Shown: positions 36,815-46,416, counted from the stretch's first letter. The stretch is 64,000 nucleotides of DNA from an uncultured Acidimicrobiaceae bacterium (GCA_963770635.1 CAVYQI010000003.1:500488-564487); one strand, 5' to 3'. Translations and numbers: made by a program. Notes: generated by a model from the letters alone, not told the origin.

Positions 36815-37222
36815 TCAGTGGACCCCTTGCCCGGCCTTGAAGAAGAAGTTGACGATGGCCGGGCCCGCGCCGATCAACAGGGCCGCCAACCCGGAGATCA
36901 GCACCGCCCGCCGGCCCACGTAGGACTGCTGGTAGTTCTGGGCATGGGAACCGAGCGCCCACGCCGCGGCTCCGATCACCAGCGCCACCAGCGAGAGGGC
37001 CAGGGCCCAGCCGTCGAGACCGTTCATCAGGTTCTGGAGGACCTGGCCTCCGGGCAACGCGCTGGTGTCCGGCTGGACCTGGACATCGACCATTCGCCCA
37101 ACGGCGGCGTGGGCCACCGAGGTGAGCTGGGCGGCGACCGCGGATCCGGACGGAGATTGGAGGGAGGACAGGGTGACAGGGAGCATGGTCCCCAACGTAA
37201 ACCTCCGTCCATGACTATTCAA
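36815..37222 (-). CDS. small two-TM membrane protein, VirB2/pilin-like candidate (DUF6112-like)
   Basis: Signal-like N-terminus then two hydrophobic helices (WALALSLVALVIGAAAWAL, VLISGLAALLIGAGPAIV). It is the first gene of the T4SS-like operon. Confidence 0.45.
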   Translation of the reverse strand: MNSHGRRFTLGTMLPVTLSSLQSPSGSAVAAQLTSVAHAAVGRMVDVQVQPDTSALPGGQVLQNLMNGLDGWALALSLVALVIGAAAWALGSHAQNYQQSYVGRRAVLISGLAALLIGAGPAIVNFFFKAGQGVH

Positions 37223-37316
37223 TACTTTTCATGTTGTTTCTTGCCCAACCCCGACCGAAGATCCTGACTCCGGGGGCGTGTAGCTGACTCAGGCGTGGGC
37301 CTGCCATGCTGGGAGC

Positions 37317-38555
37317 GTGAAGCCGTACCTCATCGGATACATCGTGATCGTGGTGGTGGCCGCCATCGCCGTGGTGGTGGCCGCCCGCCTCGGACGCCGG
37401 GCCGGGCGCCGCAGCCTGCAACAACGCCTCACCGCGCTGGCCAACCGACTGGGGGCGGTACCCCCCGACGACGGGGGCGTGGAACCGGTGCTCAGCCACC
37501 TCGAAAAGGTCACCGGGGAGGCCGCCGAGGCGGTGAGCGAGGCCAGCTCCGACGCCATCCGGCTGCGCCGGGCCCTCGACACGCTGCCGCAGGGGGTGAT
37601 CGTCTGCGACGAGAACGGCGAGGTCGGCTTCCGCAACGCCCGGGCCGGGGCCCTGATGAACAACCGCCACGGTGACGCCCTGGCCGCCCAGGCCGTCACC
37701 GAGTTGCTCGAGAACGCCTGGCACAAGGGTTCGGACGAGCGCACCCTCGACCTGTACGGTCCGCCCCGCCAGACCTTGACCATCGGCACCCGCTTGATCG
37801 ATGACGGCCGCCGGCCTCTGGGGGTCATCGCCATCATCGAAGATGTCTCCGAGCGCCGCCGTCTCGAAGAGATCCGGCGCGACTTCGTCGCCAACGTCAG
37901 CCACGAGCTGAAGACCCCGATCGGCGCCCTCGGGCTGTTGGCCGAGACCCTCACCGCCGAGCCGGACCCGGCCATCGCCCAACGGCTGGCCACCCGGATC
38001 CACACCGAGGCGTTCCGGGTGAGCCGGATCATCGACGACCTCCTCGACCTCAGCCGCATCGAGTCGGAGGAGACGCCCCCTCGGGAGCCGATCTACATCA
38101 ACCTGGTGATGGCCGAAGCCGTCGAGCGGGTCAAGGCGGCGGCCGAGCAGCGCCGGATCACCATCGAGATGGACGAGCCCGACCCGCCGATCCACGTCAT
38201 CGGCGACCGGCGCCAGCTGGTGTCGGCCATGCACAGCCTGCTCGAGAACGCGGTTACGTTCTCCTCCGAGGATGGGGTGGTGCGGGTGGCCGGAAGCCAA
38301 GTCGACCAGGATGTCAAGCTGTCGGTCGCCGACAAGGGCGTCGGCATCCCCGCCCGCGACCTCGAGCGCATCTTCGAGCGGTTCTACCGGGTGGACCTCG
38401 GACGCAGCCGCGAAACCGGAGGCACCGGTCTCGGATTGTCCATCGTCCGCCACGTCGCCCATAATCATCAGGGCCGGGTCGAGGTCGACTCCCGCGAGGG
38501 CGAAGGATCCACCTTCACTCTGGTCTTGCCCCGGCCTCCCGAATACTCGGCCTGA
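37317..38555 (+). CDS. sensor histidine kinase (SenX3/PhoR-like: TM, PAS, HisKA, HATPase)
   Basis: N-terminal TM helix, H-box FVANVSHELKTPI, N-box LLENAVTFS, and G-boxes DKGVGIP and GGTGLGLSIV. Confidence 0.9.
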   Translation: MKPYLIGYIVIVVVAAIAVVVAARLGRRAGRRSLQQRLTALANRLGAVPPDDGGVEPVLSHLEKVTGEAAEAVSEASSDAIRLRRALDTLPQGVIVCDENGEVGFRNARAGALMNNRHGDALAAQAVTELLENAWHKGSDERTLDLYGPPRQTLTIGTRLIDDGRRPLGVIAIIEDVSERRRLEEIRRDFVANVSHELKTPIGALGLLAETLTAEPDPAIAQRLATRIHTEAFRVSRIIDDLLDLSRIESEETPPREPIYINLVMAEAVERVKAAAEQRRITIEMDEPDPPIHVIGDRRQLVSAMHSLLENAVTFSSEDGVVRVAGSQVDQDVKLSVADKGVGIPARDLERIFERFYRVDLGRSRETGGTGLGLSIVRHVAHNHQGRVEVDSREGEGSTFTLVLPRPPEYSA

Positions 38556-38566
38556 GACCGGACCCT

Positions 38567-39301
38567 ATGACCGCGGACACATCACAGACCAAGGTACTCC
38601 TGTGCGAGGACGAGGAATCGTTCGTCGACGCGCTGGTCATCGGGCTGACCCGGGAAGGGTTCGACGTCACCGTGGCCCGCGACGGGGTCGAAGCGCTCCG
38701 CATGTTCGATCAGGAGTCGCCGGATCTGATCCTGCTGGACCTGATGTTGCCCAAGTTGTCCGGCATCGACGTCTGCCGTTCGATCCGGGCCCGGTCGGCG
38801 GTGCCGATCATCATGGTCACCGCCAAGGGCACCGAGATCGACACCGTGGTCGGACTCGAGGTCGGGGCCGACGACTACGTCGCCAAGCCCTACCGGCTCC
38901 GCGAATTGGTCGCCCGGATGCGGGCGGTGCTCCGACGCACGCCGGCCGGTGATCGGGTCCGCAGCTCGGACGGCAACCACCCCGACATCCGGCCGGTCCT
39001 CGACGCCGGGGGCATCCGGATCGACCCCGACCGCCACCAGGTGTCGGTCCGCGACGTGGACGTCCATCTCCGGCGGAAGGAATTCGAGCTGCTGTCGCTG
39101 CTGATCGAGAACTCCGGCCGGGTCCTGACCCGCGACGTGCTGATCGACCGGATCTGGGGCTCCGACTACTACGGGGACACCAAGACTCTCGACGTGCACA
39201 TCAAGCGCCTCCGCAACCACGTGGAGAAGGACCCGTCATCGCCCACCCTGATCACCACCATCCGGGGGGTGGGCTACCGGTTCAACCCGGCGGCCGACTG
39301 A
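38567..39301 (+). CDS. OmpR/PhoB-family response regulator (RegX3-like)
   Basis: Receiver domain (LLCEDEE, DLILLDLMLP, VTAKG) and winged-helix output domain (LDVHIKRLRNHVE, TIRGVGYRF). Confidence 0.9.
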   Translation: MTADTSQTKVLLCEDEESFVDALVIGLTREGFDVTVARDGVEALRMFDQESPDLILLDLMLPKLSGIDVCRSIRARSAVPIIMVTAKGTEIDTVVGLEVGADDYVAKPYRLRELVARMRAVLRRTPAGDRVRSSDGNHPDIRPVLDAGGIRIDPDRHQVSVRDVDVHLRRKEFELLSLLIENSGRVLTRDVLIDRIWGSDYYGDTKTLDVHIKRLRNHVEKDPSSPTLITTIRGVGYRFNPAAD

Positions 39302-39332
39302 CCACCGCCCGTCCTGGCGGCCACACTCGGAT

Positions 39333-40634
39333 TCACCGCGCCCCAGGGCCGGGCCCGGGGATCACTCCGGCCCCGCCGAGGTACGGATGCAGCACCGGGG
39401 GAAGTACCACCGAGCCGTCGGGCTGCCGGCCGGTCTCGACCAGCGCCGCCCAGATCCGCGGCCAGGCCAGCGCCGAGCCGTTCAAGGTGTGGACGAACAA
39501 CGGTGACCCGCCCTCCGACGGCCGGTAGCGGATGTTGCCCCGGCGGGCCTGGTAGTCGCGGAACCAGCTGATCGACGACACCTCGAGCCACTGGTCGACC
39601 CCGGGGGCGTAGACCTCGAGGTCGAAGGTGCGGGCCGACGAGATCCCGAGGTCGCCGGTGCAGAGATCGAGCACCCGGTACTGGAGGCCGAGCTCCACCA
39701 GCAGCGCCTCCGCCCGCGCCACCAGGTCAGCAAGCACTGACGCGGCCTGTTCGGGGGTGGTGTAGGCGAACAGCTCCACCTTCTCGAACTCGTGCACCCG
39801 GAGCAGTCCCCGGGTGTCACGGCCGGCCGCCCCCGACTCCCGGCGGAAACACGGGGTGGCGGCGGTCAACCTCACCGGCAGCTGGTCATCGTCGAGGATG
39901 TCGCCCCGGGCCATGGAGGTGAGCGGGGCCTCGGCGGTGGGGATGGCCCAGAGGTCGTCCCGCTCGAGGTGGTAGGCGTCGTCGGCGAATTTCGGGAGCT
40001 GGCCGGTCGCCACCATCGTCTCGGTGCGGACCAGGGTCGGGGGACGGATCTCCTCGAAGGCGTCGGCATGGCGATCGAGGGCGAAGGCGGTCAGGGCCCG
40101 CACCAGCCGGGCGCCGAACCCGCGGTAGAGCGGGAACATGGAGCCCGACAGCTTGGCCCCCCGCTCCATGTCCAGGATCCCCAGCGCCGCGCCGATCTCC
40201 CAGTGCGGCACCCGTTGGGCCTCGACATAGGTGGGATCCGCCGCCGGCCACGAGCGAACAACCACGTTGTCCTCGGGGCCGGTCCCGTCGGGGGCATCGT
40301 CGGCCGGGAGGTTGGGAAGGTAGAGCAGCGCCTCCCGCACCGCTTCCTGGGCCTGGGTGGCGGCGTGGTCGAGATCGGTCTCCTGGACGCCGAGGTCACG
40401 GCTCCGAGCGGTGAGCTCATGCGCCATCCCGCTCTCGCCGGAACGGCGGGCCTCGCCCACCTGTTTGGACAGCGCCTTCACCTGAGCCCGGAGGTCGTCA
40501 CGGCGCCCGATGGCCGAGCGGGAGGCGGCGTCGAGCTCCAAAAGCCGGTCGACGTCACCCGGATCCACCCCCCGGCGCCCGAGCGCCTTCTTCACCCCGT
40601 CGACGTCTTCCCTGACCAGCCGGATATCGATCAT
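39333..40634 (-). CDS. serS: serine--tRNA ligase
   Basis: MIDIRLVRED coiled-coil N-terminus and class II motifs (FRRESGAAGRDTRGLLRVHEF, GNIRYRP..LNGSALA). This is the C-terminal 433 aa of ORF 39333..41558. Confidence 0.92.
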   Translation of the reverse strand: MIDIRLVREDVDGVKKALGRRGVDPGDVDRLLELDAASRSAIGRRDDLRAQVKALSKQVGEARRSGESGMAHELTARSRDLGVQETDLDHAATQAQEAVREALLYLPNLPADDAPDGTGPEDNVVVRSWPAADPTYVEAQRVPHWEIGAALGILDMERGAKLSGSMFPLYRGFGARLVRALTAFALDRHADAFEEIRPPTLVRTETMVATGQLPKFADDAYHLERDDLWAIPTAEAPLTSMARGDILDDDQLPVRLTAATPCFRRESGAAGRDTRGLLRVHEFEKVELFAYTTPEQAASVLADLVARAEALLVELGLQYRVLDLCTGDLGISSARTFDLEVYAPGVDQWLEVSSISWFRDYQARRGNIRYRPSEGGSPLFVHTLNGSALAWPRIWAALVETGRQPDGSVVLPPVLHPYLGGAGVIPGPGPGAR

Positions 40635-40661
40635 GACGACATCACGGTAGCGTGACGGCCC

Positions 40662-41678
40662 GTGGAGAATGTCCCGGACGACCCGGCACCCGTGGTCGTC
40701 TGCGACGAGTTGGTGATTCGCTACGGGGATCTCACCGCCGTCGACGGGCTGTCCTTCCGGGCCGACCCCGGCGAAGTGGTGGCCCTGCTCGGGCCCAACG
40801 GGGCCGGCAAGACCAGCACCGTCGAGTGCTTCGAGGGCTACCGGCAGCCGTCCGCCGGCTCGGTCTCCGTCCTCGGCCTCGACCCTCGGCGCGACCACAC
40901 CGCCCTGGTCCCCCGGATCGGGGTGATGCTGCAACGGGGCGGCGTCTACCCGATGCTCGGTCCGGCCCGGGTTCTCCGTCTGTTCGCCGAGTACTACGAC
41001 GACGCCGAGGATCCCGACGGCCTGCTCGACCTGGTCGGGTTGGGGGAGGTGCGACGCACCCCGTGGCGGAGGCTGTCGGGAGGGGAGCAACAACGGCTGT
41101 CCCTGGCCCTGGCGCTGGTCGGCAAGCCCGAGGTGGTGTTCCTCGACGAGCCCACCGCCGGGGTCGACCCGGAGGGGCGGGTGGTGGTGCGGGAGATCAT
41201 CGCCGGCCTGCGCCGTCGGGGGATCTGCGTCATCCTCACCACCCACGAACTGGCCGAGGCCGAGCGGCTGGCCGACCGGGTGGTGATCATCGACCACGGC
41301 CGGAAGCTGGCCGAGGACACCCCGGCCGGGCTGGCGGCCGGCACCGGCGACGGCTCCATCCGGTTCACCACCGATCCGGGCATCGACACCGCCTCCCTGG
41401 CCCTGGCCATCGGGAGCGGCACCGCCATCGACGAGGCGGGCCCCGGCATCTACCGCTTGCGCCCACCGGCGGGGACCGACAACCCGGCGGTGGTGGCCGC
41501 CCTGGCCGCGTGGCTGGCCGAGCGCCGGCTGGCCCTGGGCGATCTCCGCACCGGCCATTCGCTGGAAGAGGCCTACCTGGCCATCACCGGCTCCGGAGGC
41601 ACATCGGCTCCGGTGGCGGAAGCAGCCCCCGGCGCAGGCGGGGGCCGGGGCCGGCGGTCCACACCGGGATCCGGCTGA
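40662..41678 (+). CDS. ABC transporter ATP-binding protein (DrrA-like)
   Basis: Walker A GPNGAGKTST, signature LSGGEQQRLSLA and Walker B VVFLDEPTAGVD. Confidence 0.9.
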   Translation: MENVPDDPAPVVVCDELVIRYGDLTAVDGLSFRADPGEVVALLGPNGAGKTSTVECFEGYRQPSAGSVSVLGLDPRRDHTALVPRIGVMLQRGGVYPMLGPARVLRLFAEYYDDAEDPDGLLDLVGLGEVRRTPWRRLSGGEQQRLSLALALVGKPEVVFLDEPTAGVDPEGRVVVREIIAGLRRRGICVILTTHELAEAERLADRVVIIDHGRKLAEDTPAGLAAGTGDGSIRFTTDPGIDTASLALAIGSGTAIDEAGPGIYRLRPPAGTDNPAVVAALAAWLAERRLALGDLRTGHSLEEAYLAITGSGGTSAPVAEAAPGAGGGRGRRSTPGSG

Positions 41679-42418
41679 TGCGCGCGCTGCTGGCCCAGAT
41701 CCGGGTCGAGGTCACCATGATCTTCACCAACGGGGAGACGCTGTTCCTGACCCTGGGGATACCGGTGCTGTTCCTCCTCTTCTTCTCCGGGGTCCACGTG
41801 CTCCCGACCGGGACCACCCATCCGGTCGAGTTCCTGGTGCCGGGGATCCTGGCCCTGGCGGTGATGTCGACGGCCATGACCGCCCTCGGGATCGGCACCG
41901 GGTTCGAACGCGGCTACGGCGTCCTCAAACGGCTGGGCACCACCCCGCTTGGCCGGCCCCGGTTGCTGGCGTCGAAGATCATCACCGTGATCGGGGTGGA
42001 GTTGGTCCAGGCCGCGGTCCTGGTCCTAGTCGGCCTGGCCCTGGGTTGGAGCCCGGGCCGATCGGCCGCCGGCGGGGTGCTGGTCGGGGTGGCCGTCGGG
42101 GTCATGGTGCTCGGGACCGTCGCCTTCGGCGGCATCGGCCTGCTGCTGGCCGGGACCCTCAAGCCGCTGGTCAACCTGGCCGTGGTCAACACCCTGTTCG
42201 TGGTGCTGCTGTTGCTCGGGGGCATGCTCATCCCCTTGGCCAAGTTGCCCGGCTGGCTGGCCGGGGTGTCCAAGGTCCTCCCGGCCTCGGCCCTGGCCGA
42301 CGGACTCCATGCCGCCCTCGGACACGGCACCCCGGTGACCGGGCGGGACTGGGTGGTGCTGGCGGCCTGGGCGGTCGCCGCGCCGATGGTGGCCGGGCTC
42401 ACCTTTCGCTGGGAGTGA
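41678..42418 (+). CDS. ABC-2 type transporter permease
   Basis: ATG overlaps the ATPase stop (TGATG). The product is a six-helix hydrophobic protein of 246 aa. Confidence 0.8.
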   Translation: MRALLAQIRVEVTMIFTNGETLFLTLGIPVLFLLFFSGVHVLPTGTTHPVEFLVPGILALAVMSTAMTALGIGTGFERGYGVLKRLGTTPLGRPRLLASKIITVIGVELVQAAVLVLVGLALGWSPGRSAAGGVLVGVAVGVMVLGTVAFGGIGLLLAGTLKPLVNLAVVNTLFVVLLLLGGMLIPLAKLPGWLAGVSKVLPASALADGLHAALGHGTPVTGRDWVVLAAWAVAAPMVAGLTFRWE

Positions 42419-42441
42419 CGCCCGGGAGGCGGGCGGGGCAG

Positions 42442-43035
42442 CTAGCCGCCGGATCCGGCCAGGCGGTGGAGCCAGCCGGTCAGCTCACTGGCGGTGAGGG
42501 CGCCGAGGTGGTGGCCGATGACCTTCCCCGACTCGTCGATGAAGTAGGTGTTCGGCTGGTCGTTCATCCCGTAGAGGACCGAGGTGACCTTGAGGGTGCG
42601 GTCGGCTCCCACCGGGTAGGGGATCCCCGACTGCTGCACGAACGCCAGCGCCGACGACGGGTCGTCGGCCACGTCCACCCCGATGAACTGCACCGGCGAC
42701 CCTTTGGCCATCTCCGCCTTCGCCGTCCGGGCCAGCAGCGGGGTCTCCGCCTGGCAGGGGATGCACCAGGAGGCAAAGAAGTTCAGCACCACCGGATGGT
42801 GGCGGTCCTTGCCCAGTGCGTCGAGGGAGACCGGAGCCAGTGGCGCCGCCGACGTGCTCAGCAGATTCGGCAACGAGAAGTTGGGGGCGGTGCTGCCCAC
42901 TCCCACCACCGCCGGCTGCCCGGTGCTGGTGGTGGCCGTCGGCTTCAGCACCAGGAACAGGAATACCGCCAGCACCACCGCGATGGCCGACCCCAGCATC
43001 AGCGCCCGGAGTCGGCGCCGGCGCGTCGGGTTCAA
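42442..43035 (-). CDS. TlpA/ResA-like thiol-disulfide oxidoreductase (membrane-anchored redoxin)
   Basis: N-terminal TM anchor and FFASWCIPCQAE thioredoxin motif. The TTG 43035 start overlaps the ctaB stop; ATG 42999 is an alternative start. Confidence 0.8.
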   Translation of the reverse strand: MNPTRRRRLRALMLGSAIAVVLAVFLFLVLKPTATTSTGQPAVVGVGSTAPNFSLPNLLSTSAAPLAPVSLDALGKDRHHPVVLNFFASWCIPCQAETPLLARTAKAEMAKGSPVQFIGVDVADDPSSALAFVQQSGIPYPVGADRTLKVTSVLYGMNDQPNTYFIDESGKVIGHHLGALTASELTGWLHRLAGSGG

Positions 43036-43937
43036 TGCTTGGCGAAGATGTCGACCGCCATGAGGACGAACAGCAGGGTCAAATAGGTGATCGAGTAGCT
43101 GAACAGCCGCATGGCCGCCTTGGGGGTGGCCCGCATCCAGAGCCGGATCGACATGGCGATGAACACCAGCCCCAGCACCGAGGCGGAGATCACGTAGATC
43201 ACCCCGAGGTGGCCGACCACCGCCAGCAGCAACGAGACCCCGACCAGCAGCACCGTGTAGGCGAGGATCTCCGACGCCGTCCGCCGGAAGGTGGCGACCA
43301 CCGGCAGCATCGGCACGCTGGCCGCGGCGTAGTCCTCTTTGTACTTGACCGCCAGCGCCCAAAAGTGGGGAGGGGTCCAGGCGAAGATGATGGCGAACAT
43401 CACCACCGGCGTCCACGACAGGCCGTTGGTCACCGCCGACCACCCCACCAGCACCGGCACCGCCCCGGCCGCCCCGCCGATGACGATGTTCTGGCTGGAT
43501 GTCCGCTTCAGCCACAGGGTGTAGACGAAGACGTAGAAGAGGGTGGCCGAGACGGCCAGCACCGCGGAGAGCAGGTTGACGGCCAGCCACAGCTCCACGA
43601 AGGCCACCACCTCGAGGATGATGGCGAAGATCAGGGCGTGGGCCGGGGTCATGGCCCCGGTCACCAGCGGGCGGTTCCGGGTGCGGTGCATCACCTTGTC
43701 GATGTCCCGGTCCACCACCATGTTGATGGCGTTGGCGCCCCCGGCGGCCAGCGATCCACCCACCAGGGTGGCCACCATCAGCCAGATCGAGGGGAGGCCG
43801 CGCTTGGCCACCACCATGGTCGGAAGGGTGGTGACCAGGAGCAATTCGATGATCCGCGGCTTGGTGAGCGCCACATAGGCACCGATACGGGATCGACCCG
43901 TCAATGGGCCCGCAAGGGCAACGGCCGGTGTGGACAT
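43032..43937 (-). CDS. ctaB: protoheme IX farnesyltransferase (heme O synthase)
   Basis: YVALTKPRIIELLL, NMVVDRDIDKVMHRTRNRPL and PPHFWALA UbiA-family/heme O synthase motifs. This is the C-terminal 301 aa of ORF 43032..44582. Confidence 0.9.
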   Translation of the reverse strand: MSTPAVALAGPLTGRSRIGAYVALTKPRIIELLLVTTLPTMVVAKRGLPSIWLMVATLVGGSLAAGGANAINMVVDRDIDKVMHRTRNRPLVTGAMTPAHALIFAIILEVVAFVELWLAVNLLSAVLAVSATLFYVFVYTLWLKRTSSQNIVIGGAAGAVPVLVGWSAVTNGLSWTPVVMFAIIFAWTPPHFWALAVKYKEDYAAASVPMLPVVATFRRTASEILAYTVLLVGVSLLLAVVGHLGVIYVISASVLGLVFIAMSIRLWMRATPKAAMRLFSYSITYLTLLFVLMAVDIFAKH

Positions 43938-44034
43938 TGCGTACACCCTACGACTGGGCGCGAAATCCCACAAAGCGGCCCGACCCGCGGCCGAGCGGCG
44001 GCCGGCCCGAACCGGCCGGTACCATTGGCAGACG

Positions 44035-44994
44035 GTGTCCTCCCTGCGTATCGGCCCCCGCCCGTTTCTCCGACTCTGCCAACTGACCCTGGCGGCGGTC
44101 GTCCTCAACGTCGTCACCGGGGCGGCGGTCCGGCTGTCCGACTCCGGTCTGGGATGTCCGGACTGGCCCACCTGCTCGCAGCACCATCTGACCCCGCCGC
44201 TTTCCCTCCACCCGGTCATCGAGTTCGCCAACCGGGCGGTGGTGGTGGTGCTGGTGGCGGCCTGCGCGGCCACCGTCATCGCCGCCTTCCTGCGACGCCC
44301 GGCCCGGCGGGACCTCCGGTGGCTGGCCGGCGGGCTCATCCTCGGGGTCGTCGGCGAGGCGGTGCTCGGTGCCGAGGTTGTGTACTCGAAGCTGAATCCG
44401 TATGTGGTGGCCACCCACTTTCTGGTGGGGATGGCGCTGTTGGCGGTGGCGGTGGTGCTCACCCTCCGGGCCGCCCACGGTGGGGGGCGAGGCGTGGTGG
44501 TGGTGTCGACCGCCTCCCTGCGGCTGAGCCGGCTGGTGATCGGCCTGGTGGTGCTGGTGCTGGCGGCCGGGGCGGCCACCACCGGTACCGGCCCTCACGC
44601 CGGCGGTAAGGGGGCAAAGCGGATTCCACTGGGGCTGGAGGACATGACCCGGATTCATGCCGAGGTCGTCATCGCCGCCGTCGTGGCGGCGCTGATACTC
44701 CTGGGGGTGCTGTGGCGGAGCGATGCCCCGGCGTCGGTGCAGAACGCCGGACGGGTGGTGCTGCTGGTGATGTTCGCCCAGGGCATCATCGGCTACACCC
44801 AGTTCTTCACCCACCTCCCCGCGGTACTGGTCGGGGTCCACGTCTTCGGGGCGTCAGTAGTGTGGGCGGCGGTCCTCTGGTTCCACCATCAGATGTCCGT
44901 CCACGCTCCCGAAGTCACCGCCGGCATCGCCGACCAGCCGCGGCCCGGTGCCGGACAGGTTGCGCCGGCCACCGCCGAGGTCCCGGTCGGATGA
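44035..44994 (+). CDS. ctaA: heme A synthase (COX15/CtaA family)
   Basis: [16 protein letters not shown] motif, conserved His in TM helices ([20 protein letters not shown]), and divergent arrangement with ctaB. The start is uncertain: GTG 44035 is chosen because ATG 43930 overlaps the ctaB 5' end. Confidence 0.8.
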   Translation: MSSLRIGPRPFLRLCQLTLAAVVLNVVTGAAVRLSDSGLGCPDWPTCSQHHLTPPLSLHPVIEFANRAVVVVLVAACAATVIAAFLRRPARRDLRWLAGGLILGVVGEAVLGAEVVYSKLNPYVVATHFLVGMALLAVAVVLTLRAAHGGGRGVVVVSTASLRLSRLVIGLVVLVLAAGAATTGTGPHAGGKGAKRIPLGLEDMTRIHAEVVIAAVVAALILLGVLWRSDAPASVQNAGRVVLLVMFAQGIIGYTQFFTHLPAVLVGVHVFGASVVWAAVLWFHHQMSVHAPEVTAGIADQPRPGAGQVAPATAEVPVG

Positions 44995-45290
44995 GCGATG
45001 TGCAGACCGCCCCGGTGGAGGAGGTGCGCACCGATCTCGACGAGTCGGTGTCGCCCGACCGGCCGTGGCTGGTGATCGTCTGGAACGATCCGATCAACCT
45101 GATGTCGTTCGTGACCTTCGTCTTTCAACGGCTGTTCGGCTACTCGAAGGAGAAGGCGACCAAGCTGATGATGGATGTGCATGTGAAGGGTCGGGCGGTG
45201 GTGTCGTCGGGCACCCGCGAGCGGGCCGAGCTCGACGTCTACCGGCTCCATGAGCACGGGCTGTGGGCGACCATGGAACAGTCCGGATGA
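44991..45290 (+). CDS. clpS: ATP-dependent Clp protease adaptor ClpS
   Basis: [46 protein letters not shown] is the canonical ClpS core. The ATG overlaps the ctaA stop. Confidence 0.9.
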   Translation: MSDVQTAPVEEVRTDLDESVSPDRPWLVIVWNDPINLMSFVTFVFQRLFGYSKEKATKLMMDVHVKGRAVVSSGTRERAELDVYRLHEHGLWATMEQSG

Positions 45291-45321
45291 GGGTGGGATC
45301 ACCGCCGGCACCGGTCGGCTG

Positions 45322-45822
45322 ATGGCGTTTGCCTCACCTGTCCGCCGACGGCGGGACGGACGGTACACGGTGCGCCTCCCGGTCCAGGTGCGAACCATGC
45401 TCGCCGCCCTGGCCCGGCAGATGGTTCCGATGATCGACTCGGAGGACCCGGCGGTCACCCGGCTGTTCCCTCCTGCCTACATCGGGGAGGACACCGCCGA
45501 TGCCGAGAAGCAGTACCGCACCCTGGTCGACGGTGCCCTCCACAACCATCACCACCAAGCCGTCCAAGTGCTGTCCGAGACCGTCACCGCGGACATCCTC
45601 ACCGCCGACGAGCTGTCGGGATGGCTGTCGGCGATCGGCTCGATGCGACTGGTGATCGGGACCCGCCTGGATGTGAGCGAGGACATGGAGAAGCCGGCTC
45701 CCGGCGACCCGTCGGCGTCCGAACATGCGGTCTTCGACCTGCTGGGAATGCTCCAGGCGACCATCGTGGATGCCCTGGCCGAGGACCTCCCCGACGAGGG
45801 TGAGCCGGCCGGGGCCCTGTGA
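45322..45822 (+). CDS. DUF2017 domain-containing protein
   Basis: It sits directly downstream of clpS, as is typical in actinobacteria. Features include LFPPAY..D.. and LSGWLSAIGSMRLVIGTRL. The start is uncertain. Confidence 0.7.
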   Translation: MAFASPVRRRRDGRYTVRLPVQVRTMLAALARQMVPMIDSEDPAVTRLFPPAYIGEDTADAEKQYRTLVDGALHNHHHQAVQVLSETVTADILTADELSGWLSAIGSMRLVIGTRLDVSEDMEKPAPGDPSASEHAVFDLLGMLQATIVDALAEDLPDEGEPAGAL

Positions 45823-45860
45823 AGCCTCTGCTACTCTCCATTAGCCCGGATCGGGTTTGA

Positions 45861-45933
45861 GCCCCCATCGTCTAGCGGCCTAGGACGCCGCCCTTTCAAG
45901 GCGGTAACACGGGTTCGAATCCCGTTGGGGGTG
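45861..45933 (+). tRNA. tRNA-Glu (anticodon TTC)
   Basis: GCCCCCA-UC-GUCU..GGAC-GCCGC-CCUUUCAAG-GCGG..ACGGG-UUCGAAU-CCCGU-UGGGGGU-G cloverleaf; CCA is not encoded. Confidence 0.85.
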
Positions 45934-45963
45934 CGTGGTGCCCCAGCTCCATTGGCTGGTTGG

Positions 45964-46041
45964 GGACCTGTGGTGCAGCTTGGAGTGCACGCCGGCCTGT
46001 CAAGCCGGAGGTCGCGGGTTCAAATCCCGTCAGGTCCGCCA
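45964..46041 (+). tRNA. tRNA-Asp (anticodon GTC), CCA encoded
   Basis: GGACCUG acceptor pairing with CAGGUCC, anticodon loop CCUGUCAAG, T-arm GCGGG-UUCAAAU-CCCGU. Confidence 0.85.
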
Positions 46042-46060
46042 CCTCGGTCCGCCGAGGCGA

Positions 46061-46136
46061 GGTCGGGTAGCTCAGTTGGTAGAGCGCGCGCCTGAAAAGC
46101 GTGAGGTCACCGGATCGATGCCGGTCCCGACCACCA
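46061..46136 (+). tRNA. tRNA-Phe (anticodon GAA), CCA encoded
   Basis: GGUCGGG-UA-GCUCAGUUGGUAGAGC-..-CCUGAAAAG-..-CCGGAUCGAUGCCGG-UCCCGACC-A-CCA. Confidence 0.9.
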
Positions 46137-46170
46137 GAACGACCCTCTTCAGAGGTCTACGATACCGCGC

Positions 46171-46416
46171 ATGAGGCCTCCGCTCTGCGTGATCTGCGGC
46201 TCGGAGCCCACTGTCGGCAACGACGACTTCGCGTCCTACCGGGTCGTTACGTTTTCTGACTACGACCCTCCGGGTGATGACCGGCCGGGCGGACCGTGGC
46301 CGGGTTCAGATTGGTTCTGTCCTGCCCACGCGGCTGCGGCAGTTCAGAGTGCGGAGCAGGGAGTAACCCTTACCGAAGCTATTGCATCCGTCCGCGCCCG
46401 ACCGCTCGGGGAGTAG
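46171..46416 (+). CDS. hypothetical small protein (Cys/His pairs CxxC...CPAH)
   Basis: 81-aa ORF immediately after tRNA-Phe; no recognisable family. Confidence 0.35.
   Translation: MRPPLCVICGSEPTVGNDDFASYRVVTFSDYDPPGDDRPGGPWPGSDWFCPAHAAAAVQSAEQGVTLTEAIASVRARPLGE

Noticed and set aside
30950-37222. Alternative readings of the secretion cluster as an ESX/type VII system or a Streptomyces TraB-type (FtsK-like) dsDNA conjugation locus.
   Set aside because: There is no EccC/FtsK-type multi-ATPase, no WXG100-size genes, no mycosin and no TraB-like protein. The ATPases carry VirD4- and VirB4-type motifs instead.
37223-37316. CTGACTC direct repeat (37264-37270, 37284-37290) in the divergent T4SS / histidine-kinase promoter region.
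   Set aside because: A 7-mer seen twice in 94 bp is too weak to call a binding site without conservation data. It is noted only.
43930-44034. ATG 43930 as the ctaA start (the ORF-track start).
   Set aside because: It would overlap the divergently transcribed ctaB coding start and add an Arg-rich, non-conserved-looking 35-aa leader. An in-frame GTG at 44035 gives the usual short cytoplasmic N-terminus before the first TM helix. This remains uncertain.
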